Shown: positions 45,569-58,329 of the stretch, piece by piece
How positions within the stretch are numbered: the first letter of the stretch is position 1
How the letters are laid out: every line of letters begins with the position of its first letter
Assembly (NCBI RefSeq): GCF_006345805.1
Contig: NW_021837028.1
Coordinates: forward strand, 1-64,000
From: Octopus sinensis
Taxonomy: Eukaryota
Length of the DNA: 64,000 nucleotides
Direction of reading: 5' to 3'
Program-made: the position numbers and the translations under genes
The notes under the pieces: generated by a model
Database searches by the model: none
What the model was told of the DNA's origin: nothing
The model's input: only the letters and a program-made list of their open reading frames with translations

Positions 45569-47242
45569 TTATTGTTAAATTCTTTTATTTTTGTTGAGAA
45601 AGAAACAAAACGTTTAGATCTTTTTATTTATTTAAAATAATATGTTACAAATTTATTCTTAATCTTTACAAATGATGTAGAGTTTGAAAATGTGTAAGGG
45701 GAGAGAAATAGGGAATTTTATAACGGGTATGACATTTCAAATATCATTAACAATATAATTATAAAATGAACAGTTTAAAACTGCGAACCACAACCGGTTT
45801 GTTTAAACACAGTTTCAGGAGATCTTGGTACTACGCTACGAGAATCGTCATAAACGTGATTAAAAAAAATTTTTCATATATGATGCCTAAATCGTTTGGT
45901 GGGTTGGGGCTCTACTAAGGGTAAGTTAACCAGTTATTTCTTTTACAATTATCTTCCTGCCTACGTCTTACCATGAAGCGCCAACCCCCAACAACCTTAA
46001 TCATATAGTTGTCCATATCCTCCCATAAAGAGGTCTAGCAAAAAAAAAATGCTATGGGTATGGATTACCGTTGAATCGTCTCCTTGTCCATTTAGGGGCT
46101 TCCAAATATTTGGTTTTTATTCGACATTCAAGAACAAGTCAAACTGCTGGAACCTATACTTCTCGGAATCGTACCCTTGGTCGAATTCAATTTCCACCTT
46201 GCAAGGAAACGAAGTTGTTACGAATGAAACATTTCCCTCATTGCTATAAGTAGTGTGCAACACATTTCAATGACTACTGTTCACACTGCAGACGAAATGG
46301 TAAGCAACATCTGTTATATAGCTAGATTGACTGGGAGAAGGAAGAATAGATGCTGGATATCTTCATCATAGATCAAGTATTGCAGTGTTGATTTAATGAG
46401 GCAAGCAGTGACTTCACAAGTGAATTGAAGCTTGGTATTCCAACTAGAAACGGGACTCATTCATCACCTCGGTTCGTTTCCATATTACTTTCTGTTTTAC
46501 GTGAGGATAAAAAAATTACGGTTTTATATTCTTTCAGTTAGAAAAAAAAGGCACTGCATATGAGGAGAAAAGTGAATGGTAAACTGTAGACTTATGAGTG
46601 GATTTGAGTTAAAAATCAAGAATAACCGCTTCAATTGGGAAGCGAAACTGCTTCACCAAATTAGTTGGTGGATATATTACCTCTTGGTCTCTTCACCACA
46701 TTGGTGTATGTGCGTAATTAAATATGTTATATTTCTTCAGGCTAAGAGAATTGGAAAGAAATGGACAGGATAGCATTCTTGGAATTGTCACAGGAATTAT
46801 ACAGGAATTAAAAATGTGTTCCTCAACAAAATTAGAACCAGGGACCACAGACTAGAGTAACAAAGAAATTATCGTCATACCCACGGTGACCCGCACAGCA
46901 AAATGAAATAAAGAGAATTATAATTCTCGTCGGATATCAAAATATGTAATTCTGACCAAAAAAAAAAAAAGAAAATATATTATAAGAACTTTTTTTTTTT
47001 TCGTTTTTCACTTCTTTCAAAATCTTATAAATCAATAAAAATTTAAAACAAAAAAATAATAATTGAAAAATTAACAAAACAAAAAGAAAATCCTCAATAG
47101 AAGAAAAAAAATAATGTCCAGAAAACAAAAAGCCTATGTGAATTAAATGTTGCCGTTTGCAAGCATTTTTTTTCATTTTTTCAAGTATTGTGCCATGGAT
47201 GGTTTGGGATTTAGTTTAAAACATGGCGTTTATTTTGAATGG

Positions 47243-47678
47243 TTACTGTCTTGGAGAATCTTTTTTGTCTTCTTGGTAAATTCTGATGTTCATTGATTTT
47301 AGCTGCATCATATCAAATGGTTGTAATAATGTAGCATTAGAATGACGGGATATATCATGCAGTCCACCTGATGAAGTCCCTACCGCTGCATTGTCGCTGT
47401 GCACAGGTATAGCCCTTGGTGGAGCCGGGTTATAAATCAAAGAATCAAGCATTATGTGCTGTGGTTGCTGCTGCTGTTGCTGTTGTTGCTGCTGTTGATG
47501 ATGCTGTTGTTGTTGCTGCTGGTGATGCTGATGGTGGTGCTGTTGTTGTTGTTGTTGCGGTTGTTGTTGTTGCTGCTGATGATGTTGCTGTTGGCGCTGT
47601 GGATGGTTCGAACTAAGAGTATGGTGCTGTCCTTGATGCTGCTGCTGCTGTTGTTGCCGCTGTTGTTCCTGCGGGGAG

Positions 47679-47725
<47 letters not shown>

Positions 47726-47982
47726 ATGTTGTTGCTGTGCTGATGATAATGGAGACTGTTGATGGCGCTGGGGTGATAACAGCGGGTAAACGAACTCCTG
47801 AGTACCTCGCAGACTTTGAATCGTACTGTTATTACTGATTAAATTAGCAGAGTTGGTTGGTGATTGGTGTATGAAGGAATGATGCATGGGGGAACTATTT
47901 TGGTGGTTCCCCTGTAAGGCTGCTAGCACAGTCGGGTTCTGAACGGAGCATCTCGAAATACTACTGGTTGAGGTCTTAGATT
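47243..47982 (-). CDS. GATA4/5/6-like: GATA last exon, Gln/His-rich low-complexity tail
   Basis: ttttccag acceptor, phase 1; open frame SKTSTSS...poly-Q...DKKDSPRQ*. Confidence 0.88.
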
Positions 47983-50900
47983 CTGGAAAATAAATAAATA
48001 AAACGTTGTATAAAGAGGAGATACGAGGATAGAATTAAAAGGGGTTCTTTTCTATTTCTTTACTACCCACAAGGGGCTAAACACAGAGAGAACAAACAAG
48101 GACAGACAAACGGATTAAGTCGATTATATCGACTCCAGTGCGTAACTGGTACTTAATTTATCGACCCCGAAAGGATGAAAGGCAAAGTCGACCTCGGCGG
48201 AATTTGAACTCAGAACGTAACGGCAGACAAAATACGGCTACGCATTTCGCCCGGCGTGCTAACGTTTCTGCCAGTGTTGGACCCTCTGATAAAGTGTTTA
48301 GCTTCTGAATGAAGGTTCGAAAATTTGTATCTGCATTCTGATACTGCTTTATGTTATCGCTATGTTTGTTAATCGCAATAACCAGAATTCAGTGTAATTA
48401 TCATGTTTCATTATCCTGGCATTGATGACCAGAGATTCTCTAATGTTTGGAGAAAATAACTGAAAGATCATTCCACTGTATCTCCATTTTAATCATTATG
48501 TAAAAGTAGGATTTCTATGACGTCTCAAATACGGAGTGCTTCCGTAATATACGACTATCCTCGTTTATCACGGGTTTATGGTTTATGGTTCGTCATAAAT
48601 CTGTCTACATCGCTAATAGAATCATTTTCCAAACGTAGTACATTAAATAAGCCATAAAAGTCGATTGCAAAAGATTGAGAAAGAGAACTAAATGAAATTA
48701 TTCAAAGTAACAGAGTTTAGGCTAGAAATTATACTAGAAAATTTTAATAAAATCTTACATAATCAAGGCCTTACGTGTGAAATATACAATTTATAAAGGG
48801 CGATATGCAGCCCAAATAGCGCAGGTTGGCCATGCCTTTTGTCACATACATTTAATAAATACACACGCACGTATGCATCCACGCGCGCACACACACACAC
48901 ACACGCACACACACAGTCACACAGTATCATATTGTTAGTGAAATCTTACCGAATGATGATGTACTGCTGGTATCGTTAAGCATGTCTTTGCTTGAGGAGC
49001 GAACTTTGCTGTTCTTTTTCTCTTTCCGCTTTCTAGTTTGAATGCCTTCTTTCTTCATAGACATCGGACGATTCACCTGAATTAACAAGAGAAGAATCAC
49101 TTATGTACAAAAAAAACCCCAATAAACAAAACAAACAAAAAACAAAGAATATTTCTACAATGATATAATTGATAGTTTAAAATTTCTTCTAACTTCATTG
49201 ATAAACCTTAGTTCATATAGTTCATGCACGTTCATCATGCATTGTATTAATGGTGTCATCAGACTCTTATAACATTTAGGATATTGTAAGTCTTTTTATA
49301 TTGGAAAAATGTCCTTCGAAGACTGAGAAGTTTATCTGGTTATTGATAGCCTGTGTCTCTGAAGTAGACGTTTGCATCAGGTGATAAACTGTATTTGAAA
49401 AAGAAGATAAAAATAAAATAAATGCGCCCTTTTAAAGCCTAGCCCAGTTTCCGGTTTCTATGGCGTATGTGTTCCCCAGTTAGACGGGACGCCAGTCCAT
49501 CGCAGCGTTACTCATTTTTGCCAGCTGAGTGGACTGGAGCAACGTGAAATGAAGTGTTTTGCTCAAGAACAACGTGTCGTCAGGTCCAGGAATCGAAACC
49601 ACAATCTTACGATCATGATGCTGATACCCTAACCACTAAGCCACGCGCCTCCACGAAAAAGAAGATACGAAATCAATTTGTAAAATTAGAGTTCATTATT
49701 CTATCTCTACGGGCACAATCTCTTTATTTCATTCCAACCAAGATCAATATTAGTAGTCTCGTGCCAAAGAATGAAGTCCACCGAGGGAACGATAGAAATA
49801 CTATAAAGTGGATGAGAATCTCGCGAAAGCCAAATCATTATGTAAAATTACACACAATTGCTGAAATATTTAATACTTATATCTTTTTCTCTCGACAACA
49901 AAACAACAAAAGCTATAAATCCTTTTGTTATCTTATTTATGTTGAAATATGCAACCGTTATTTGAAATAATGAAATAATGAAGAACGTATATAAACAGAA
50001 GATACAAATATTACAGGCATTCCCCCCACACACATACACACTAAATAAACATAGACGCACATAGAGATATACGCATGCGCAAATGAAGACACATACAATA
50101 GAAATACAAAATGGCTGACGGTTAGTAAGGTGAGACACAAATAAGAAAGAAGAAAGCAAAGGACCACTGATGCGGTCACAGGAGTGTGACGAAAGAACTC
50201 TGGCCGAAATAAGATTAAGATTAATGTAAAAAATAAATAACACTGAAGCAAAGTAACACCAAACATATAGTGCCTGTGTTTTTATTGGCTAAACTGGCAA
50301 AATGACCATTCCGAAATGCAACAATGAAGAATTTATTAAAACAGAGAAAATTTCGATGGTAGGCTCTAATTTAAATCATTTTAAAACACGAAGTTTGTAT
50401 CACAGAACCAGAAACAATTTTGGGTGGATTGGTATCAAAAGGGTCAAAAGCCAATTCCCTTCATCCACGAATATATGTCATATTGTTAGTGGAGCCTTAC
50501 CAAATGATGATGCATTGCTGGTATAGATTTTAAACACTTTCTATAAATACAAATTATTTTTAGTTTGTTACATGCAGCATCACTACAGAAGGTTAGGCCT
50601 CCAACCAGGTTTTTTCAGCACCACCTCGTATATATACATACAAGAAACTCACCCCCCGTCCAATGGACAGTGCTGAGTTGTCAAACATTTAAACCAAATT
50701 TTCTCAAAACAACTTGTCCTACAGTCCCAAAGGCATCCCCTTTGAGAAACGCTGATTTAACCTAAATTTGAGACACCAGCAAAAGAAGAAATAAAGATAG
50801 ACTTTTTTCTATTCCAAAGAAAAACGATTTTATTCACACAGATATGCAACCGAAGAGTTTAAAGTACCAGTAATGATAAGGCTGTTGACTGGGAGAACAC

Positions 50901-51319
50901 AAACATGGTTTGAACAGTAAGCTTAGCAGGAAAGAAACGTGCCTTTAAGCAGTACAAAAACAACAAAAAATCGAAGGTGCAGTTATGTATAGGTTGACAG
51001 AAGAAAAGCAGGACAAAAACGGCTTTATCGTTCGCATTCTCACCTGGAATCGATTTTTGTAATTTTTTCAAGACTTATACACGCCCTGATACCGTCAGTA
51101 TCTACACATCAAATTTGAATGCAATCGGATGGAGGACGCCCGAGATCCTAGAAGACACACACACAGACAGACAGAACGGATTTTATATAAACATACCTGG
51201 TGCAATTTATAGTATAGACCACATGCATTACAGACTGGGTCTCCTTCTGCATTTCTACGCCAAAGTGTAGTAGTTCTTGTCTGACAGTTGGCACAGGAAA
51301 GACCATTTCTTCGTTGGTT
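47243..51319 (-). CDS. GATA4/5/6-like: GATA4/5/6-class transcription factor, 3' three exons (5' part outside window or unidentified)
   Basis: Exons join in frame: C-finger CX2CX17CX2C, basic tail, poly-Q tail; intron positions match GATA4 (before the C-finger, after KLHx, phase 1 after the basic tail). Confidence 0.92.
48052..48274 (-). mobile_element. SINE-A
   Basis: Near-consensus reverse-complement copy. Confidence 0.9.
48950..49076 (-). CDS. GATA4/5/6-like: GATA basic-tail exon (not in ORF track)
   Basis: ttcag|[42 protein letters not shown](E)|gtaag. Confidence 0.95.
49410..49654 (-). mobile_element. SINE-D (tRNA head, CORE-like and V-like modules, (TATTT)n tail) with 13-bp TSD
   Basis: gaaaaagaagata at 49397-49409 and 49655-49667; related degenerate copies at about 11615-11830 and 55018-55285. 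Confidence 0.85.
50161..50320 (+). ncRNA. Degenerate type I hammerhead-like motif (50161-50205) and downstream repeat shared with 61981-62100
   Basis: GGACCA-CTGATG(CG)-GTCAC AGGAGT GTGAC-GAAAG AA CTC-TGGCC. Confidence 0.55.
50900..51190 (-). mobile_element. Helitron/DINE-like non-autonomous element remnant adjacent to the GATA donor
   Basis: Minus: ttatataaaatccgttctgtctgtctgtgtgtgtg...ggatctcgg...ccgattgcattcaaatttg. Confidence 0.4.
51197..51319 (-). CDS. GATA4/5/6-like: GATA C-terminal zinc-finger exon (not in ORF track)
   Basis: ttttag|[41 protein letters not shown]|gtatgt. Confidence 0.96.
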
Positions 51320-51892
51320 CTAAAATCAAAAGAGATTTAAAAGAGAAATGAGATTTTGATAACTGATAAAATTGTATTCGGTTTAATTTGCTAACGATTT
51401 TAAGTGGAAGAAATTTCATCATAGACGATTTTTTACAAATAATATTATCTTTTCGTAAATGATATCACAAGTCCTATTTTAATACAAAATGTATAACCTG
51501 ACAAACGACATTTAGCAAGGCATTACAAAAGCTAGACAGAACTCAGGAAATTGCTGAATAATGACTAATTTGAAGAGGTCGAGATTTCCTTTAGTTACGA
51601 TTGGCATCAGTCATTTTCTAACTCTCAACCAGTGTGACACACATATGGGGAAGAATATACGTGCGTACACGCGTCAATCTATCTGTCTGTCTGTCAGTGA
51701 GTGTGTCCGTGCGCATGCGTTTTTGTTTGTGTCTGCATCGGTGCTTGTGACTATGTTTGTATCGAAATACCGACTGTAAGAAAGATATATATTTACTCAT
51801 GTGTGTGTGTGTGTGGTGTGTATCACCACCCGAGGGCTGTTGTCTATATATGCTCAAGCACTCAACTATGAGTCTACTGCATCTTATATATT

Positions 51893-52052
51893 TCTTTACT
51901 GCCCACAAGGGGCTAAACATAGAGGGGACAAACAAGGAAAGGATGAAAGGATGAAAGGCAAGGTCGACCTCGGCGGAATTTGAACTCAGAACGTAACGAC
52001 AGACGAAGTACCGCTAAGCATTTCGCCCAGCGCGCTAACGTTTCTGCCAGCT
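51893..52052 (-). mobile_element. SINE-A with internal deletion
   Basis: Tail joined directly to aggatgaaaggc core. Confidence 0.8.
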
Positions 52053-53239
52053 CACAGAAACAGCTGTAAGCTAATGAAGTTCATAATATAATCGTTTATT
52101 CGTTTGTCATCATATTTTCTTACACACACACACACACAACACACACACACACACACACAAACACATACACACACAGACGCACACACACACACACACACAC
52201 ACATACATCCACACAGCAATGCATGCTACCGTTTAGGAAACTCTTGAGACTAAATAAAAACATCCCGATGCCAGTATGAAAATATACAAAGGGCCCAAAC
52301 AACACAACAATTAAATATACTTTATTAGAACATAGGTGGTGCTGTAGTTGTATATTTAGCTTCCAAATAGATGGAAAGGATAAAGATGTGTAGAAAAATT
52401 AAGACACGATAATTGGATCTTGTCTGAAAGTATGTTAACTGTCTTTGCATATACACATCCACAAAGGGGTGCATGCCTGCAACGCGTGCACATATGGCTA
52501 TACGATAATATAGTAACTACATATCCACCTATAAACACAAACATACACGTATCGTTATATATGCAAAAATACATGCACGTACATAGATACGTACTCAAAC
52601 GTCCACGCGAACACTCATGAACAATCAAAGACGGCAACTTCAAACAAATAGAATAACGTACCTTTGAAAAAACAAGCAATAATTGCCAAATTATCAACAA
52701 TGTAGTTGAGGGAAATATCTCTAGGGATCATGCTGGATACTAAATAGAAATAAGGTAGGGTCTCCCTTATGAAATACAGGGTACACAAAAACATCAATCA
52801 AGTGAGATTTTCAAAACAATTAGTAGATAAAAACTCCTTCTTGTTGTGTTTAAATTCTAAAACAATAAACGAACGCGATAACGGCAAAAAGATAAGTTGG
52901 TTGAAATGTTTGGACAATATAAGACAATACTGTTTGGAATAAATACATCCTTTGAAACTAACTGATGAAATTCAGGAACATGTTCCCGTGTTATTACACC
53001 TCAGCAGTGAAGTTGGTAGAAAAGGAGCAGGAGCAATAGAGAGAAATAAAGAGGATGTAGTGATACAGATTATGAATATTTAGTTCAGTTGAAGAAAAAC
53101 GGTTTTGGTGAGCCTTTCGTGTATTAAACACCAACATTTTAGTGTCTCAACGATGTAAACTAGTAAAAACTCCCCACAAGCTTACGTACACTTCTACACA
53201 CATACAGATATACACACACAGACACGAACGCACCCGCCC

Positions 53240-53273
<34 letters not shown>

Positions 53274-53324
53274 ACACACATATATGCGTGTTTGTATACA
53301 ACAAGCAAATATTGCACATATAGG

Positions 53325-53587
53325 ATACCTATTTCTTTACTACCCACAAGGGGCTAAACACAGAGGGGACAAACAAGGACAGACAAACGGATTAAGTCGA
53401 TTATATCGACCCCAGTGCGTAACTGGTACTTATTTAATCGACCCCGAAAGGATGAAAGGCAAAGTCAACCTCACCTTTCATCCTTTCGGGGTCGATTAAA
53501 TAAGTACCAGTTACGCACTGGGGTCGATATAATCGACTTAATCCGTTAGTCTGTCCTTGTTTGTCCCCTCTGTGTTTAGCCCCTTAT
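53325..53587. mobile_element. SINE-A foldback (minus copy fused to plus copy)
   Basis: Strand switch at about 53472; arms about 110 bp. Confidence 0.85.
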
Positions 53588-53874
53588 GTTAAATAGTCAG
53601 ATGTTTGAAAAATACTTCCATCAACCGAGATTATCTAAACAATTAGTTGACAAAAACGCCCTCATGTAATGTTTAAAATCTTAAAACAATAAACAGCAGA
53701 AACAACTCTAGAAACTAAACACTTAGAGTACAAAATATATACGAGATTAAAAATATACAGTACAAAATATATACGAGATTAAAATAGAACATCTACACAG
53801 TCGCTCGATAAGCTAGTAATAACAGACAAAAATCATATCAGGAATTCCAGATGAAGGATGCTTCAAAGAGAGTG

Positions 53875-54257
53875 GAGCTGGCAGAAACGTTAGCACGCCG
53901 GGTGAAATGCTTAGCGTTATTTCGTCTGCCGCTACGTTCTGAGTTCAAATTCCGCCGAGGTCAACTTTGCCTTTCATCCTTTCGAGGTCGATTAAATAAG
54001 CACAGGGGTCGATATAATCGACTTAATCCGTTTGTCTGTCCTTGTTTGTCCGCTCTGTGTTTAGCCTCTTGTGGGTAGTAAAGAAATAGGTATTTCGTTT
54101 ACCGCTACGTTCTGAGTTTAAGTTCCGCCGAGGCCGACTTTGCCTTTCATCCTTTCGGGGTCGATTAAATAAGTACCAGTTACGCAATGGAGTCGATATA
54201 ATCGACTTAATCCGTTTGTCTATCTATGTGTAGCCCCTTGTGAGCAGTAAAGAAATA
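53875..54257 (+). mobile_element. SINE-A dimer
   Basis: Head plus two bodies, ggtatttc junction. Confidence 0.88.
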
Positions 54258-54499
54258 AGACTGAAGCAGTTTTATTAAAATATCTGATAAAAAAAAAAGG
54301 CTCATATTAGCTAAGCAATAATCAATAATGATCAAATATATGCTATACCGGTTTCTGCTCTTCTGAATTAGCATCTCTCCTATCATCTATACGCACGCAT
54401 ATCCATATATCTGATTTCTTTTTCTTTTTTTTTTTTGTGTGTGTGACTTTTGCATTACAGAACTGTAACAACCACCTAAAATTTCCAACTTCATCAAAC

Positions 54500-54708
54500 T
54501 GTGTCTGTGTTTGTCCTCCCAACATCGCTTGACAACCGATGCTGGTGTGTTCATGTCCCTGTAACTTAGTGGTTCGGCAAAAGAGACCGATAGAATAAGT
54601 ACTAGGCTTACAAAGAATAAGTCCTGGGGTCGATTTGCTCGACTAAATGCGGTGCTCCAGCATGGCCGCAGTCAAATGACTGAAACAAGTAAAAGACTAA
54701 AAGAGTAA
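54500..54708 (+). mobile_element. SINE-B 3' half
   Basis: gtgtctgtgtttgtcc...aaagagtaaa. Confidence 0.8.
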
Positions 54709-54743
54709 ACTACAAAATTCAAGCTGACCACCAACCACACCAG

Positions 54744-54789
<46 letters not shown>

Positions 54790-54886
54790 TTTTTTTTCTT
54801 TTCTTTTCTCTGTGATTAACGTATCTGGTACACGTAGACGTGGCTATATCAGCAGAGAAGCAGTTATAGAGTTCCCTCATTGCTGA

Positions 54887-54895
54887 CTATCTATC

Positions 54896-54981
<86 letters not shown>

Positions 54982-54992
54982 TTATCTATCTA
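54887..54992. repeat. (TATC)n = (GATA)n microsatellite
   Basis: Direct observation. Confidence 0.95.
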
Positions 54993-55371
54993 CAATATAT
55001 ACAGATAAATAGATATAGTGGAGGTTCAGGGCTCAGTGGTTAGGATGTTGCCCTCACGATTGTGGGATCGTTGGTTCGATTTCCAGACCGGGCGTTGCAT
55101 TGTGTTCTTGAGCAAAGCACTTCATCTCACGTTGCTCTACGATCATTTCGTCATCTGATATGTGGCACGTTGTACACCTGTGCAGATGTGAGCTTATGTG
55201 AACACAGCATTTGATGACTATAAACAAATCATCTGTGTGGATGTTCTACAGGCAATTACAGAACCCTCATACGTCATCGAACGACGGGTGACTACTTCAT
55301 GAATATATATGTATATACTTCTAATATCAGGATGAAATTTTTCAAAAAAAGCTTTATCAATGGCCAACATA

Positions 55372-55762
55372 TTCTTTTCTACTCGAGGCACAAAGCTCGA
55401 AATTTTAGGGGAATGGGCCAGTCGATTAGATCAACTCCAGTATGCAACTGGTACTTAATTTATCGAGCCCGAAAGGATGAAAGCAAAGTCGACCTCGGCG
55501 GAATTTGAACTCAGAACTTAAAGACAGACGAAATACCTATTTCTTTACTACCCACAAGGGGCTAAACACAGAGAGGACAAAGAAGGACAGACAAACGGAT
55601 TAAGTCGATTATATCGACCCCAGTGCGTACTTATTTAATCGACCCCGAAAGGATGAAAGGCTAAGACGACCTCGGCGGAATTTGAACTCAGAACGTAGCG
55701 GCAAACGAAATACGGCTACGCATTTCGCCCGGCGTGCTAACGATTCTGCCAGCTCGCCGCCT
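55372..55762 (-). mobile_element. SINE-A dimer (A1 then A2)
   Basis: Reverse-complement units; ggtatttc junction at about 55535. Confidence 0.85.
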
Positions 55763-55819
55763 TGTCAGTGGCTAACATATTAGAATACCTTTTAAGGTGA
55801 AAATATCAAACAATTATAA

Positions 55820-56009
55820 ATAAGGGCAGAAGAAAAAAATTGTCTAGGCCGATATGCTGAAAAATAGACCTTAAATCGTTTATGGGTGGTTAGAAGATTT
55901 AAAGGTCTATTTTTCAGCATATTGGCATAGAATTTATTTTTCTTTTGCCCTTATATATATATATATAAGACCAGATCACTTACTGTGCAAGTACATCTCC
56001 GTAATATAT

Positions 56010-56069
<60 letters not shown>

Positions 56070-56372
56070 CACAGCAAGTGATCTGGTCTGAGATCATGTG
56101 CTGGAACGAAAACAATTACAGCGTGGAAGGTGTTTATAAGCCATTTCAGAAACACACAAAAACCGTTAGCTTCACTTCAACATTTAAATTAATTTGTCAA
56201 AATATTTTCGTCGCTGACAAAGCTCCGTGCTGTTCACGGAGTTTTGTCAGAGAACAGGTCGCGGTCTCAAAGCGACGAAAAATTTTGACAAATAAATTAA
56301 ATGTTGAAGTGAATCTAACGGTTTTTGTGTGTTTCTTAAATGGCTTATAAACACCTCCACGCTGCAATTGTT
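55820..56372. repeat. Three consecutive inverted-repeat structures (55820-55954; 55967-56090; 56111-56372)
   Basis: Arms of about 57, 20 and 100 bp match their reverse complements. Confidence 0.85.
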
Positions 56373-56843
56373 TATGTATATATATAATATATATATATTA
56401 TATATATATAATATATAACATCACACACACGCACATTTCCAACATTCGTTAATTCTTTGAGGATGGGGTCATAACCCAAACTATTGAATGCAAGGTAAGT
56501 ACATTAATTCATATGTTTGTTTTCTTGTGGTCTGCCTTGCTTCTACTTCGCATTGTTCTGGCCTCACCCACTATCTTTTATTTATATATATATATATGTA
56601 TATATGAATGTATATGTATATATGATACATAATTACGTACAAATGTATGTGCCTATATATTTATCTATGTATTTTTCACATTGTTTCTTTTTTTCCACAG
56701 GGTTTTCGAAAATGAGAATTTAGTAGTTCCATCAATAAACTACACGGTAAATTTGCGAGCGTATTTCTGTGTATTTCACAGACGCTTGTACTAATCGTAA
56801 CATAATTCTTGAACACCAGAAGCTTTACTTATGTAATGTTAGA

Positions 56844-57007
56844 GGCGCAGGAGTGGCTGTGTGGTAAGTAGCTTGTTTACCAACCACATGGTTCCGGGTT
56901 CAGTCCCACTGCGTGGCACTTTGGGCAAGTGTCTTCTACTATAACCTCGGGCCGACCAAAGCCTTGTGAGTGGATTTGGTTGACGGAACTGAAAAGAAGC
57001 CCGTCGT

Positions 57008-57067
<60 letters not shown>

Positions 57068-57278
57068 GTGGTGTTTGTCCCCCTAGCATTGCTTGCCAAC
57101 CGATGCTGGTGTGTTTAAGTCCCCTTTCATTAGCGGTTCGGCAAAAGAGACCGATAGAATAAGTACTGGGCTTACAAAAGAATAAGTCCCGGCGTCAAGT
57201 TGCTTGATTAAAGGCAGTGCACCAGCATGGCTGCAGTCAAGTGACTGAAACAAGTAAAAGAGTAAAAGAGTAAAGAGA
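56844..57278 (+). mobile_element. SINE-B
   Basis: Complete copy. Confidence 0.88.
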
Positions 57279-57496
57279 GAGTATAAATGGTAGGTAAAAT
57301 CCACCCTGCAGGCTTCTGTACAGGTTTTGCGTACACCCAATTTCCACCACAAGGCTTGGGGCATCGAAGCCATGATAAAAGATATTTGTTTGAGATACCA
57401 TGTAGTGAGATGGAAACCGAGACTTCGTCATTACAAAGCGAAATTATAAAACGTTTAACCATCCTGCGTCCGTTTAACTATAACTCCCTTTCTCCT

Positions 57497-58281
57497 ACGG
57501 CGGCGAGATGGCAGAACCGTTAGTACGCCGGGCGAAATGCTTAGTGGTATCTCGTCTGCCGTTACGTTCTGGGTTCAAATTCCGCCGATGTCGACTTTGC
57601 CTTTCATCTTTTCGGGGTCGATAAATTAAGTACCAGTTACGCACTGGGGTCGATATAAACGACTTAATCCGTTTGTCTGTCCTTGTTTGTCCCTTCTGTG
57701 TGTAGCCCCTAGTGGACAGTAAAGAAATAGGTATTTCGTCTGCCGTTACGTTCCGAGTTCAAATTCCGCCGAGGTCGACTTTGCCTTTCATCCTTTCGGG
57801 GTCGATAAATTAAGTACCAGTTACGTACTGGCGTCGATGTAATCGACTTAATCCATTTGTCTGTCCTTGTTTGTCCCTTTTGTGTTAAGCCCCTTGTGGG
57901 TAGTAAAGAAATAGGTATTTCGTCCGCTGCTGCGTTCTGAGTTCAAATCCCGCCGAGGTCGACTTTGCCTTTCATCCTTTCGGGGTAGATAAATTAAGTA
58001 CCAGTTACGCACTGGGGTCGATGTAATCGACTTAATCCGTTTGTCTGTCCTTGTTTGTCCCTTCTGTGTGTAGCCCCTTGTGGGCAGTAAAGAAATAGGT
58101 ATTTCGTCTGCCGTTACGTTCCGAGTTCAAATTCCGCCGAGGTCGACTTTGCCTTTCATCCTTTCGGGGTCGATAAATTAAGTACCAGTTACGTACTGGC
58201 GTCGATGTAATCGACTTAATCCGTTCGTCTGTCCTTGTTTGTCCCCTCTGTGTTAAGCCCCTTGTGGGCAATAAAGAAATA
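57497..58281 (+). mobile_element. SINE-A tetramer flanked by a 17-bp TSD
   Basis: tataactccctt(t/c)ctcc at 57479-57495 and 58282-58298. Confidence 0.9.
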
Positions 58282-58329
58282 TATAACTCCCTTCCTCCCG
58301 CTTTCTCCCTCTACCCTTTCTACCCTTTC

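Noticed and set aside
45790-45860. Minus-strand ATGACGA...GAAACTGTGTTT hammerhead-like string
   Set aside because: No convincing stem II and inconsistent stem I register
54335-54410. Minus-strand GAAACCGGTA with TGCT/AGCA hairpin, and a possible small GATA exon
   Set aside because: No CUGANGA equivalent or adjacent stem I; purine-rich acceptor and non-GATA translation
57497-58281. Regular arrays of about 185 bp as possible CRISPR or ribozyme-containing retrozyme units
   Set aside because: No unique spacers; eukaryotic SINE body repeats; no CUGANGA core found on either strand
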